From Ilumatobacteraceae bacterium (GTDB lineage Bacteria > Actinomycetota > Acidimicrobiia > Acidimicrobiales > Ilumatobacteraceae), in the NCBI GenBank assembly GCA_050248155.1, contig JBFWSW010000005.1, forward strand, positions 17,578-81,577: a stretch of 64,000 nucleotides of DNA. Direction: 5' to 3'. Each line of letters begins with the position of its first letter. Within the stretch, counting starts at the first letter, position 1. The position numbers and the translations under genes are program-made. Shown in pieces: positions 36,373-45,643 of the stretch. The notes beneath the pieces were generated by a model. It was not told the DNA's origin. It did not search any database and saw nothing but the letters and a program-made list of their open reading frames with translations.

Positions 36373-37386
36373 GTGCGTGCCGGTCGCCTCGTCCAGCTCG
36401 TGTTGCTGCTCCAACGCAGCGGGCACGTCACGGCGGCGTGGCTCGCTCACGAGCTCGAGGTGTCGGTGCGCACCGTGTACCGCGACATCGAGGCGCTGAG
36501 CGGCATCGGAATCCCGGTGCTCACGTCGAGCGGACCCGGTGGCGGGGTCAGCTTGCTCGACGGCTACCAGACGCGACTCACGGGGCTGACCGGCGCCGAA
36601 GCCGGCGCGCTGGGACTCGCGGGAGTGCCCGAGGTGGCCGCGCAACTCGGCATGCGGTCACTCCTCATGGCCGCGCAGGCAAAGGTGGATGCCGCGCTGC
36701 CCCCGGAGCTCCGGCAGCGGTCGATGCGGCTGCGCGAGCGGTTCCTCGTCGACGCCCCGGGCTGGTTCGAGCAAGCCGACCCGCCGACCTTCCTCGAGCC
36801 GATCAGCGCTGCGGTGTGGGACGGCCGGCAGCTCGAGATCCGCTACGAGCGATCGGGCACGGTCGTGCGGCGCCGCGTCGATCCGCTCGGCCTGGTCCTG
36901 AAAGGTGCGCGTTGGTACGTGGTCGCGGTCGGCCGGCGTCCGGCGGGGCTGCGGCTCTACCGCGTCGACCGCGTCCGGGGCGTGCGCACGCTCGCCGACG
37001 CAGTCGTCCGGCCCGATGGCTTCGACCTCGCGATCGCCTGGGGTGAGCTCGGTCGCGACTTCGACCGGCACCTCCGACGTGTCGCCGTGCGCATCGCGAT
37101 GCCGGCCGACGAGCTCTGGCGGCTCCGCCACGCGTTGACCGGGCCCGCCGCAGAGGAGGCCGCGTCCACGGCGAGCGACCATCCCGATGGGCGGCGGGTC
37201 ATGACCGTTCACTCCGAGTCGGTGGAGGTGGCCCACGACGAGCTCGTGCGTCTGGGTCGGCACGTGGAGGTGCTCGAACCACCCGAGCTTCGTGCGATGC
37301 TCGCCGAGACTGCGACGGTGATGGCTGAACGCCACCGAGGCCAGGTGACCGCCGCGGTCAGGCGGGCGCCGACTGCAGCTTCTTGA
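36373..37386 (+). CDS. HTH-WYL-WCX transcriptional regulator (PafB/PafC-like, YafY family)
   Basis: The N-terminal wHTH reads VTAAWLAHELEVSVRTVYRDIEAL. The WYL domain reads LEIRYERSGTVVRRRVDPLGLVLKGARWYVVAV ... LRLYRVDRV. A C-terminal extension follows. Confidence 0.85.
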   Translation: MRAGRLVQLVLLLQRSGHVTAAWLAHELEVSVRTVYRDIEALSGIGIPVLTSSGPGGGVSLLDGYQTRLTGLTGAEAGALGLAGVPEVAAQLGMRSLLMAAQAKVDAALPPELRQRSMRLRERFLVDAPGWFEQADPPTFLEPISAAVWDGRQLEIRYERSGTVVRRRVDPLGLVLKGARWYVVAVGRRPAGLRLYRVDRVRGVRTLADAVVRPDGFDLAIAWGELGRDFDRHLRRVAVRIAMPADELWRLRHALTGPAAEEAASTASDHPDGRRVMTVHSESVEVAHDELVRLGRHVEVLEPPELRAMLAETATVMAERHRGQVTAAVRRAPTAAS

Positions 37387-37822
37387 GCAGCACCAGTTCG
37401 CGCTGGAAATCGGCCGCCGCGTCGAACCCCTTGTAGACAGAGGCGAACCGGAGGTACACGACCTCGTCGAGCGAGCGCAGCCGTTCGAGCACCGCGAGGC
37501 CGATCATCTGACTGCTGACCTCGCCGGTGACGAGGCGCATCTCGTCCTCGACCTGCTCGGCCACCTGCTCGATCTGCTCGGCCGAGATCGGACGGCCCTT
37601 GCCGGCTGCGGCGACACCGGCCACGATCTTCGAGCGGTCGAAGGGCTCGCGGCCACCGTTCGACTTCGAGATGACGAGCGGAGTGGTCTCGAGTCGCTCG
37701 TAGGTCGTGAAGCGATGGCCGCACTGCGTGCACGAGCGGCGACGCCGGATGGCCGCGCCCTCCTCGGACTCGCGCGAATCGATCACCTTGGTGTCGTCGG
37801 CGCGGCAACGGGGACATCGCAT
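37358..37822 (-). CDS. nrdR: Transcriptional repressor NrdR (Zn-ribbon + ATP-cone)
   Basis: Starts MRCPRCRADDTKVIDSR ... CTQCGHRFTTYE, followed by an ATP-cone. Confidence 0.95.
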   Translation of the reverse strand: MRCPRCRADDTKVIDSRESEEGAAIRRRRSCTQCGHRFTTYERLETTPLVISKSNGGREPFDRSKIVAGVAAAGKGRPISAEQIEQVAEQVEDEMRLVTGEVSSQMIGLAVLERLRSLDEVVYLRFASVYKGFDAAADFQRELVLLKKLQSAPA

Positions 37823-37869
37823 GGGCCGTCAATGTAGCTCGCCCGACTGGGCGATGACCGGGCGGTTCG

Positions 37870-38247
37870 TCAGGGCAGCGAGAGCCGCTGGCCGACGTCG
37901 ATCCGGGTACCACCGTTCAGCGTGACGAGCGCATCGACGACCTCGGCCGTGTCAGCGTCGGGGTATTGGTGCTCGGCGATCGACCAGAGCGTGTCACCCG
38001 ATTGGACGACATAGGTCACGGATCGGCCGATCGTGGGGACGGAGGCAGGGTCGTCCCCCCGATCGGCCAGACCGTGTTGGGTCACCGACACGAGCGACAC
38101 CACGAACGTCACGACGAACGCCAGCGCGCCGACGCGCCGGCGGACGTAGGTGGCCCGTGAGCGCCGATGGCCGGCGAGCCCTGCCGGGAGGCGAACCTGG
38201 AAGTGGTCGTGCTGGCGACCCGACGTGGGGGCAAAGGTGATGGCCAT
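37870..38247 (-). CDS. LysM-domain membrane protein (ChiZ/Rv2719c-like position)
   Basis: Internal ATG 38247 (MAITFAPT) is preceded by GGAAGGA. The product has a TM helix ALAFVVTFVVSLVSV and a C-terminal LysM YVVQSGDTLWSIAE ... GQRLSLP. It is divergent from lexA. Confidence 0.75.
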   Translation of the reverse strand: MAITFAPTSGRQHDHFQVRLPAGLAGHRRSRATYVRRRVGALAFVVTFVVSLVSVTQHGLADRGDDPASVPTIGRSVTYVVQSGDTLWSIAEHQYPDADTAEVVDALVTLNGGTRIDVGQRLSLP

Positions 38248-38297
38248 GTCGTTCCGGGTCCTTCCTCGATCGGCGGGCCCGTTCGGCCGGGGAGGAC

Positions 38298-38311
38298 CGA
38301 ACGGATGTTCG
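38298..38311. promoter_or_regulatory. LexA (Cheo/SOS) box CGAACGGATGTTCG
   Basis: Perfect GAAC-N4-GTTC with flanking C/G. Confidence 0.8.
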
Positions 38312-38313
38312 CC

Positions 38314-38342
38314 AGTATGCCGAACGCATGTTCGTCCGTCAA
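38314..38342 (-). promoter_or_regulatory. Putative LysM-gene promoter TTGACG - 17 nt - CATACT with a Cheo box in the spacer
   Basis: The minus strand reads TTGACGgacgaacatgcgttcggCATACT. Confidence 0.55.
38321..38334. promoter_or_regulatory. LexA (Cheo/SOS) box CGAACGCATGTTCG
   Basis: Perfect GAAC-N4-GTTC. Confidence 0.8.
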
Positions 38343-38351
38343 GCCCACGAT

Positions 38352-38365
38352 CGAACGCGCGTTGC
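38352..38365. promoter_or_regulatory. Degenerate Cheo-like box CGAACGCGCGTTGC
   Basis: The left half-site is perfect; the right half is GTTG. Confidence 0.4.
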
Positions 38366-38366
38366 A

Positions 38367-38380
38367 CGAACGAATGTTTG
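38367..38380. promoter_or_regulatory. Near-consensus Cheo box CGAACGAATGTTTG
   Basis: One mismatch in the right half-site. It overlaps the lexA -35 element. Confidence 0.6.
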
Positions 38381-38406
38381 ACCTGGCGAGCGAACACGCG
38401 TACGCT
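38378..38406 (+). promoter_or_regulatory. Putative lexA promoter TTGACC - 17 nt - TACGCT (leaderless arrangement)
   Basis: The -10 element ends 7 nt before ATG 38414, and no SD-like sequence lies in between. Confidence 0.55.
38391..38404. promoter_or_regulatory. Degenerate Cheo-like box CGAACACGCGTACG
   Basis: The left half-site is perfect; the right half is GTAC. It overlaps the lexA -10 element. Confidence 0.4.
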
Positions 38407-38413
38407 GACCCAC

Positions 38414-39064
38414 ATGGCTGAATCGACGTCCCGCAGCTCGTCCGCACTCACCACCCGGCAGCGAGGCATCCTCGACGTCATCGAGACCTCGATGCGCGAG
38501 CGCGGGTACCCGCCGAGCGTCCGCGAGATCGGCGAGTCGGTCGGGCTCACCTCGCCCTCCACCGTGCACAGCCACCTCGCATCGCTCGAGCGGATGGGCT
38601 ACCTGCGGCGCGACCCCACCAAGCCCCGCGCGCTCGAGGTGCGCTTCGACCCATCGTCGGGGGCGGCGATCGAGCGGCGACACGTGCGCCACGTCCCCCT
38701 CGTCGGCGACGTCGCCGCCGGCACCGACGTGCTCGCCCAGGAGAACGTCGAGGAGCTCTATCCCCTGCCCGAGGACTTCACCGGCACGGGCGAGCTCTTC
38801 ATGCTCCGGGTGCGTGGCGACTCGATGATCGGCGCAGGCATCATGGATGGCGACTTCGTCGTGTGCCGCGCCCAGCCCACGGCCGACAACGGACAGATCG
38901 TGGTCGCGGGCATCCCCGGCGACGAGGCGACCGTGAAGACCTACCAGCGCAGCGGCGCGACCGTCACCCTGGTCCCGGCGAACGATCGTCTCGACCCGAT
39001 GGTGTTCGGCGCCGACGACGTCACGATCTACGGCCGCGTCGTCACCGTCATGCGTCGCCTCTGA
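38414..39064 (+). CDS. lexA: LexA repressor
   Basis: Contains LTTRQRGILDVIETSMRERGYPPSVREIGESVGL (wHTH) and the S24 peptidase motifs GDSMIGAGIMDGD and ATVKTY. Confidence 0.95.
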   Translation: MAESTSRSSSALTTRQRGILDVIETSMRERGYPPSVREIGESVGLTSPSTVHSHLASLERMGYLRRDPTKPRALEVRFDPSSGAAIERRHVRHVPLVGDVAAGTDVLAQENVEELYPLPEDFTGTGELFMLRVRGDSMIGAGIMDGDFVVCRAQPTADNGQIVVAGIPGDEATVKTYQRSGATVTLVPANDRLDPMVFGADDVTIYGRVVTVMRRL

Positions 39065-39080
39065 CGGCGGAACGACGCGA

Positions 39081-39956
39081 TCAGCTGGTGGGCGGCGCCG
39101 GCCAGCTCGGAGGTCCGGGTGGCGGCGACGGGGGCTGCCCCGTCGGTGGCCGCGGAGGAGCGGGCTGCGCCGGCGGCCACGCGACCGTGGGAGGCGGCGG
39201 GGCCACCGGAGCCTGCGGTGCGGGCGCGTACGCCGTCGGAGGGACGCCGTATGGCGACGTGGGCGCAAGTGGCGCTGCCGGCGGCCGGCGGCGGCGCAGC
39301 CCGAGGATCAGCATCAGGCCACCGATCACGATGCCTGCCGCCAGGGCACCGATGCCCGAGGTGCGCAGGCTGTCGGCGTCCTTCTTGGGGTTCTTGCCGA
39401 TCGCGATCGCGAAGTCCGACTCGCTCGACGTGACCGTCACCTCGTAGTCGCCGGCGCGGTCGATCTCGACCGACGCGATCGATTGCCCGACGAAGCCACC
39501 CGCGTCGTAGTCCTTGCCGGTGTCGTCGGTGAGGTCGATCTCGTCGCCGTCCTCGGTGCGCAAGCTGACATCGACTGCGGGCAGCACGTCTCCCTCGAAC
39601 CGGTAGTCGGTGTCGGTGTTCGGGCAGTTGCCGCGCACGTCGCCGATCGAACCCTCGGTCTCGACGTAGACGGTGAACGTGCCGGTCTCGTCGAACTCGA
39701 GCGCGGTGGTGCAGCCGATCGGCGCTCGCGCCAGGTTCTCGACCGCTTCGTCGTAGTTGGTGCCGCTGGCCAGGATCATGACGATGCCGGCAGCCACGCC
39801 TGCGGCGAGCACGAGGGCTCCCGCGGCGATCAGCCCCGTCCGACGTCCGCCGGGGGCACTGGGCGCGAACGGAGCCGCCGGCTGTTGCACCATCGGGGGT
39901 GCGGTGCCGTAGTACGGATTCGGGTCACCTGACGGCGGGAACTGCTGAGATGTCAT
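39081..39956 (-). CDS. Proline-rich two-TM membrane protein, unknown function
   Basis: 291 aa with Pro-rich N- and C-termini, two TM helices and an acidic extracytoplasmic domain. Confidence 0.55.
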   Translation of the reverse strand: MTSQQFPPSGDPNPYYGTAPPMVQQPAAPFAPSAPGGRRTGLIAAGALVLAAGVAAGIVMILASGTNYDEAVENLARAPIGCTTALEFDETGTFTVYVETEGSIGDVRGNCPNTDTDYRFEGDVLPAVDVSLRTEDGDEIDLTDDTGKDYDAGGFVGQSIASVEIDRAGDYEVTVTSSESDFAIAIGKNPKKDADSLRTSGIGALAAGIVIGGLMLILGLRRRRPPAAPLAPTSPYGVPPTAYAPAPQAPVAPPPPTVAWPPAQPAPPRPPTGQPPSPPPGPPSWPAPPTS

Positions 39957-41084
39957 TCACTGCACCCCCAGTCGCTGGGCGACCTGTTCGATTCGATCAT
40001 CTGGTTGTACCACGGCGACCCGGACGTTGTTGGCACCACCCGCACCGTAGAAGTCACCTGGGCTGACGAGCGCACCGCCTTCGCGGGCCAGACGCTCGGC
40101 GAACTCCCACCCGTCACCCGCGTCGAACCACAGGTAGAAGCCACCGGCAGGAAGCGGGATGTCGAGCCCCGACCACGCTCCGAGGATGCCGGCCACACGC
40201 TCGAGCCGACGGTGATACCGGTCGCGCTGCACCTGCACGTGCGCGTCGTCGGCGAGCGCTGCCTCGCCCGCCGCCTGCGCGGGACCGGGCACCATCATCC
40301 CTGCGTGCTTGCGCACCTCCTTCAGGTACGTCACGAGCTCGACGTCGCCCGCGTAGAACCCGACGCGCACTCCGGCGAGGTTCGATCGCTTCGACAGCGA
40401 GTGCACGGCGACGACGCCATCGGTGCCTTGCTCGAGCACCGTCCGCCCGCGGCCGTCCCACGTGAACTCGACGTAGCACTCGTCGCTGAAGACCGGCACG
40501 TCGTGCGCACGTCCCCAAGCAGCCGCCGCGTCGAGGTCGCTCAGTGCGCCCGTGGGATTGGACGGGCTGTTCACCCACAGCATCAGCGCGCGCGCTGCGT
40601 CGGCGGGCTCGATCGCATCGAGGTCGATGCCTCCGTCGGGGGCCGCCGGCACCGCGACCGGGCGGCATCCGCCGAGGATCGCGCCCATCTCGTAGGTGGG
40701 ATACGACACCGCGGGATAGAGCACGGTGTCGCGGCCAGGGCTGCGCAGCTTGAGGTACTGCGGGGTCGACGACACGAACTCCTTCGTCCCGATGCACGTC
40801 GCGATCTGGTCGAGCGACACGTCGACGTCGAAGCGAGACGAGATCCACGTGCGAATGGCGCCTCGCAGCCGAGGGGTGCCGATGCTCGGTGGATAGCCGC
40901 GCTCGCTGTCGGACGACGCGAGCGCGGCGACCACTGCCGGAGGAGGCGGGTCGCAGGGCGTACCCACGGACAGATCGACGAGGCCTCCGTCGTGCTCGGT
41001 GCACAGCTTGGCGAGCCGATCGAGGCGGTCGTAGGGGTACGGCGGGGGGACGAAGCCCTCGACGGGCGAGTCAACGTGCGACAT
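39957..41084 (-). CDS. Class I/II PLP aminotransferase, succinyldiaminopimelate transaminase (DapC)-like
   Basis: 375 aa, containing PPPYPYDRLDRL and the SLSKRSNLAGVRVGF (PLP lysine) motif. Confidence 0.7.
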   Translation of the reverse strand: MSHVDSPVEGFVPPPYPYDRLDRLAKLCTEHDGGLVDLSVGTPCDPPPPAVVAALASSDSERGYPPSIGTPRLRGAIRTWISSRFDVDVSLDQIATCIGTKEFVSSTPQYLKLRSPGRDTVLYPAVSYPTYEMGAILGGCRPVAVPAAPDGGIDLDAIEPADAARALMLWVNSPSNPTGALSDLDAAAAWGRAHDVPVFSDECYVEFTWDGRGRTVLEQGTDGVVAVHSLSKRSNLAGVRVGFYAGDVELVTYLKEVRKHAGMMVPGPAQAAGEAALADDAHVQVQRDRYHRRLERVAGILGAWSGLDIPLPAGGFYLWFDAGDGWEFAERLAREGGALVSPGDFYGAGGANNVRVAVVQPDDRIEQVAQRLGVQ

Positions 41085-41131
41085 GCGCGACCCATTGTGT
41101 CATCGTCGCCGGCGTTCGCATCTGCCGATGG

Positions 41132-42442
41132 TCAGTCGTGCGCGTCGACGAGGAACTCGGCGAGCCGTCCGGCGGACGCGTCGCCGAGGCGGGCACGGAT
41201 GCGCACGCCGCCCTCCTCGTTCGAGGTGGACACCACCTCACCCTCACGGTGCACCGACGCCAGCACGTCGCCCCGGTCGTAGGGCACGAGCAGCTCGACG
41301 GGAGCCGTGATCGCCCGCAGGCGATCGCCGAGCGTCGCGAGGAAGACGTCGATCCCCTCCCCCGTCGCTGCGCTGATCGCCACCGACCCCTCGTGTTCGG
41401 ACATCAGCTGCTTCGCCACGTCGCCGGCCACGTCGCACTTGTTGAACACGATCAGCTCGGGGATCCGGTCGGCACCGATCTCGGCCAACACCCCGCGGAC
41501 CGCGGTGATCTGACCCTCTGGGTCGGGGGCGGAGCTGTCGACGACGTGCACGAGGAAGTCGGCCTCCGTCGCCACCTCGAGTGTGCCCTTGAACGCCTCG
41601 ATCAGCCCATGGGGCAGCCGGCGCACGAAACCGACTGTGTCGGTGAGCAGCACGGGCTCGCCGCCCGGGAGCGAGAGGCGACGCGTGGTGGGATCGAGCG
41701 TGGCGAAGAGCCGGTCCTCGACGAGGACGCCCGCATGGGTGAGCCGGTTGAGCAACGTGCTCTTGCCGGCGTTGGTGTACCCGACGATCGTGACTGCTGC
41801 CAGCCCGCTGCGCGCCCGGCTCTTGCGTTGCAGGTGACGCGTCTCTCGCAGGTGCTGCAGATCCTGCTCGAGCCGGGTGATGCGGCGCATCAGCGTGCGG
41901 CGGTCGGTCTCGAGCTTGGTCTCGCCCTTGCCACGGGTGCGGGTGCCGATGCCACCGCTCTGCTGGGACAGGTTGCCCTTCGTGCCGCGGCGCAACCGCG
42001 GCAGGCGGTAGCGCAGCAGGGCGAGCTCGACCTGGGCGCGCCCCTCGAGGGTGTGCGCGTTCTGGCCGAAGATGTCGAGGATGACCGCGGTGCGATCGAT
42101 CGCTGTGCGACCGAGCAGCTTCTCGAGGTTGAACTGCTGGGCCGGGCTGAGCTCGTTGTCGAACACCACCGTGTCGGCGTCGACATCGAGGCACAGCTGG
42201 CGCAGCTCCTCCACCTTGCCCTTGCCGATGAACCACGCCGGGTCGGGCGCGTCTCGGCGTTGCACGATGCGGGCGACCTCGTCGGCCCCTGCGGTGTCGA
42301 CGAGCAGCGCGAGCTCGTCGAGCCCGGCGTCGGTGTCGTCGTCGGAGTGGCCCGGGAACGTGACGCCGACGAGCACGATGCGTTCACGCTTCGTTCGCTC
42401 GATGAGCGTCTGGCCGAGTGCTTCGTTGTACGGGTTGCTCAT
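41132..42442 (-). CDS. hflX: GTPase HflX
   Basis: Contains the HflX N-domain and G-domain (GYTNAGKSTLLN, DTVGF, NKCD). Confidence 0.9.
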   Translation of the reverse strand: MSNPYNEALGQTLIERTKRERIVLVGVTFPGHSDDDTDAGLDELALLVDTAGADEVARIVQRRDAPDPAWFIGKGKVEELRQLCLDVDADTVVFDNELSPAQQFNLEKLLGRTAIDRTAVILDIFGQNAHTLEGRAQVELALLRYRLPRLRRGTKGNLSQQSGGIGTRTRGKGETKLETDRRTLMRRITRLEQDLQHLRETRHLQRKSRARSGLAAVTIVGYTNAGKSTLLNRLTHAGVLVEDRLFATLDPTTRRLSLPGGEPVLLTDTVGFVRRLPHGLIEAFKGTLEVATEADFLVHVVDSSAPDPEGQITAVRGVLAEIGADRIPELIVFNKCDVAGDVAKQLMSEHEGSVAISAATGEGIDVFLATLGDRLRAITAPVELLVPYDRGDVLASVHREGEVVSTSNEEGGVRIRARLGDASAGRLAEFLVDAHD

Positions 42443-43263
42443 GCGACTGCCTGGGCGAGCTCGACGGTGATGGTGCCCACGAACACGCTCGGACCGATCA
42501 GGGTGACGTGACCGCTCGTGGGATGGTCGAGACGAACCCTTGCACGTCCTCCGTCCATGTGCACGGTGATTTCAGCGGTGCGGGCCGGCACGAGGCCCCA
42601 TGCGACGGCGGCGACGGCGCTGGCGCAGGCGCCGGTGCCGCACGCCTCGGTGATGCCTGCACCGCGCTCGTGGACACGCATGCGGATGGACGTGGGGTCG
42701 GCGCACGGTTCGACGATCTCGAGGTTGACGTCGGGCACCTGCCTGCCGAGCGTCAGCAGGTCGACGACCTCGACGTCGTCGACCGCGACGACGGCGTGCG
42801 GGTTGCCGACGCTGAGGTGCAGCACCGGACGTGCGTCGTCGCAGCCGATCGCGTCCCAGCCCGCGGGCTTGTCGATCGGCAGCACCTCGCCCATGTCGAC
42901 GCTCGCTTCGATGGTGTCGGGCCGGTTGGTCGCGAACAGCTCGACGGCACGCGGACCGGAATCGGTGAGGATGTCGAGCGTGCCCGCGACGCCGGTCCGC
43001 GCGGCGACCGCTTGCGCGAAGCAGCGAATGCCGTTGCCGCTCATCGCCGCCCGGCTGCCGTCGGCGTTGTAGAGCACCATCTGCGCGACGAACCCGTCCG
43101 CCGGATGGGCCACGAGCAGGCCATCGGCACCGATGCCCCTCCGGCGATCGCAGAGGTCGATGGCGAGCGCCTCGAAGCCGGGGGCATCGGACGGCACGTC
43201 GTCGGCGAACGCGACGAGGAAGTCGTTGCCGAGTCCGTGGTGCTTGGTGAGCTCGAGCTTCAT
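42439..43263 (-). CDS. dapF: Diaminopimelate epimerase
   Basis: Contains MKLELTKHHGLGNDF, MSGNG and ACGTGA. ATGA overlaps occur with both miaA (43260-43263) and hflX (42439-42442). Confidence 0.9.
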   Translation of the reverse strand: MKLELTKHHGLGNDFLVAFADDVPSDAPGFEALAIDLCDRRRGIGADGLLVAHPADGFVAQMVLYNADGSRAAMSGNGIRCFAQAVAARTGVAGTLDILTDSGPRAVELFATNRPDTIEASVDMGEVLPIDKPAGWDAIGCDDARPVLHLSVGNPHAVVAVDDVEVVDLLTLGRQVPDVNLEIVEPCADPTSIRMRVHERGAGITEACGTGACASAVAAVAWGLVPARTAEITVHMDGGRARVRLDHPTSGHVTLIGPSVFVGTITVELAQAVA

Positions 43264-44183
43264 CGTGCCAGCAGTTCCTCGATGACCGGGACGGCTTCGG
43301 CCACGGGGTCGTCCTCGATCGAGACCCACTGTACGCGTGGGTCGCGGCGGAACCACCGGAGTTGTCGCACCGCGAACTGCCGGGTGCGCACGACGATCTG
43401 CTCGGTCGCCTGGTCGAGCGACGTCGAACCTTCGAGATGTTCCACGATCTCCTTGTACCCGAGCGCCTGCATCGCAGTCCGCGACAGCCGGTGCGCGGAG
43501 ATGAGTCGGGCGACCTCGTCGACCAGACCTGACGCGATCATGCGGTGCACCCGCTCCTCGATCCGCTTGGCGAGGACATCACGCGGCCACAGCAGGCCGA
43601 CCTGCAGGAACGCCACGAGCGGATACGAGTCGATGCCGGGCCCGAACGAGCTGAACCGCCGTCCACTGCCGAGGCACACCTCGAGCGCACGAACCGTGCG
43701 CCGAGCGTTGCCGGGCTCGATCTTGGCCGCTGCCGCCGGATCGATCGCGGCCAACTCGGCGTGCAGGAGCTCGGGCGGTTCGGCACCGAGGCGCGCTTCT
43801 AGGCGGGCCCGCACGTCGGGCCAGGTGCCGGGGATCTCCATCGGGTCGGTCACCGACCGCAGGTACAGCCCGGTCCCGCCGACGATCAGCGGTGTGGCTC
43901 CCCGTTCTTCGATGTCGGTGATCGCCGATCTGGCGATGCCGGCGAACTCGGCGACGGTGAAGTCGTGGTCGGGTTCGACCAGGTCGAGGCAGTGATGCGG
44001 CACCGCGGCGCGATCGGCCGCAGTGGGCTTGGCGGTGCCGATGTCCATGCCGCGATAGACCTGCATCGCGTCGACGGCGACGATCTCGAAACGGCGCCCG
44101 CCCGAGGCGCGGACGGCCACTGCCATGGCGACGTCGCTCTTCCCGCTGGCCGTCGGCCCGAGGACGACGAGCGAAGCCATCAC
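43260..44183 (-). CDS. miaA: tRNA dimethylallyltransferase
   Basis: Contains the P-loop GPTASGKS and HHCLD. Confidence 0.9.
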   Translation of the reverse strand: MMASLVVLGPTASGKSDVAMAVAVRASGGRRFEIVAVDAMQVYRGMDIGTAKPTAADRAAVPHHCLDLVEPDHDFTVAEFAGIARSAITDIEERGATPLIVGGTGLYLRSVTDPMEIPGTWPDVRARLEARLGAEPPELLHAELAAIDPAAAAKIEPGNARRTVRALEVCLGSGRRFSSFGPGIDSYPLVAFLQVGLLWPRDVLAKRIEERVHRMIASGLVDEVARLISAHRLSRTAMQALGYKEIVEHLEGSTSLDQATEQIVVRTRQFAVRQLRWFRRDPRVQWVSIEDDPVAEAVPVIEELLAR

Positions 44184-44193
44184 AGCTGGCAGG

Positions 44194-45612
44194 TCAACCG
44201 GCCAGCACCTCGATGCGACGCTTGTGCGTGGGCTCGCCGATCACATCGCGCAGCTCGCCGGTGAGGTGGTGCGGTGCCGCCGAGGTGACCTCGACCGTCG
44301 CGAACGAGCCGGTGCGCACAGGCCGGGGCGCGGCGAAGTGCACGAGCTTGTTCTGCCGGGTGCGGCCGGTGATGACCGAAGGATCCTTGCGGCTCGGGCC
44401 TTCGACGAGCACTTCCTCGACACGGCCGACCCGGTCGCGGTGCTTCGCGAGCGCGCTGCGCTCGACCACCACGCGCAGGCGCTCGAATCGCTCGGCGACC
44501 ACGGCGGGCTCGACGAAGCGATCGGTCATCGTCGCCGCCTCGGTGCCGTCGCGCGGCGAGAAGACGAACGTGTAGGCGTAGTCGTACTCGGCGGCCGCGG
44601 CGACCTCGAGCGTGCGCTCGAAGTCGGCGTCGGTCTCGCCGGGGAAGCCGACGATGATGTCGGTCGACACGGCGAGATCGGCGACCGTCGCGCGCGCGAG
44701 CGAGAGGCGCTCGAGGTATCGGGCTGCGGTGTACCCACGATGCATGAGCGACAGGACGCGGTCGGAGCCGCTCTGCAACGGGTAGTGCAGGTGCTCGCAC
44801 ACGGCCGGAGTCGCCGCCATCGCGGCGAAGGTCTCGGGCCGCATGTCCTTCGGATGCGGGCTGGTGAAGCGCACGCGCCGGATCCCGTCGATCTGACCGA
44901 CGGCTGCCAGCAGGTCGGCGAACAGCGGGCGCAGCCGCGCGTCGGTGTCGCCGTCGCGTCGCGATGCGACCTGCAGGTCGCGGCCGTAGCTGTTGACGTT
45001 CTGCCCGAGCAGAGTGACCTCGGTGACTCCTTGCGCGGCCAGCAGCCGCACCTCGTCGATGATGTCGCCGAACGGACGGCTGATCTCGGCGCCGCGCACG
45101 CTGGGTACGATGCAGAACGCGCAGGAGTTGTCGCAGCCGATCTGGATCGTGACCCACGCGTTGTAGGACGTCTCGCGCCGGACCGGCAGCGCCGACGGGA
45201 AGAGCGCGTGCTCGTCGACGACGGCCTCGTCGAAGATCTCGGTGATCGCACCGTGGATCGTCGCGTGGTGCAGCAGCTCGGCCGCGCGGTGCACGTTGTG
45301 CGTGCCGAGCACGACGTCGGTCCATGGTGCACGCTGGCGCACCACGTCGCGGTCCTTCTGGGCGAGGCAGCCCGACACGACGATCTGGCGGCCCTCCTTC
45401 TTGTCCTTCCAGGACTTCAGGTGACCGAGGTTGCCGTACAGCTTGTTGTCGGCGTTCTCACGGATGCAGCAGGTGTTGAGCACGACGACGTCGGCGTCGG
45501 CCTCGTCGTCGACCGGGACGAAGCCGTCGGCGTCGAGCAACCCGGCGATGCGCTCGGAGTCGTGTTCGTTCATCTGGCACCCGTAGGTGCGCACCACATA
45601 GCTGCGGGCCAC
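44194..45612 (-). CDS. miaB: tRNA-i6A37 methylthiotransferase
   Basis: Contains [11 protein letters not shown] and the radical-SAM CDNSCAFC motif, plus a TRAM C-terminus. Confidence 0.9.
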   Translation of the reverse strand: MARSYVVRTYGCQMNEHDSERIAGLLDADGFVPVDDEADADVVVLNTCCIRENADNKLYGNLGHLKSWKDKKEGRQIVVSGCLAQKDRDVVRQRAPWTDVVLGTHNVHRAAELLHHATIHGAITEIFDEAVVDEHALFPSALPVRRETSYNAWVTIQIGCDNSCAFCIVPSVRGAEISRPFGDIIDEVRLLAAQGVTEVTLLGQNVNSYGRDLQVASRRDGDTDARLRPLFADLLAAVGQIDGIRRVRFTSPHPKDMRPETFAAMAATPAVCEHLHYPLQSGSDRVLSLMHRGYTAARYLERLSLARATVADLAVSTDIIVGFPGETDADFERTLEVAAAAEYDYAYTFVFSPRDGTEAATMTDRFVEPAVVAERFERLRVVVERSALAKHRDRVGRVEEVLVEGPSRKDPSVITGRTRQNKLVHFAAPRPVRTGSFATVEVTSAAPHHLTGELRDVIGEPTHKRRIEVLAG

Positions 45613-45643
45613 GGCCGACCAGGCTACCGGTGCCGCTGCGGGC

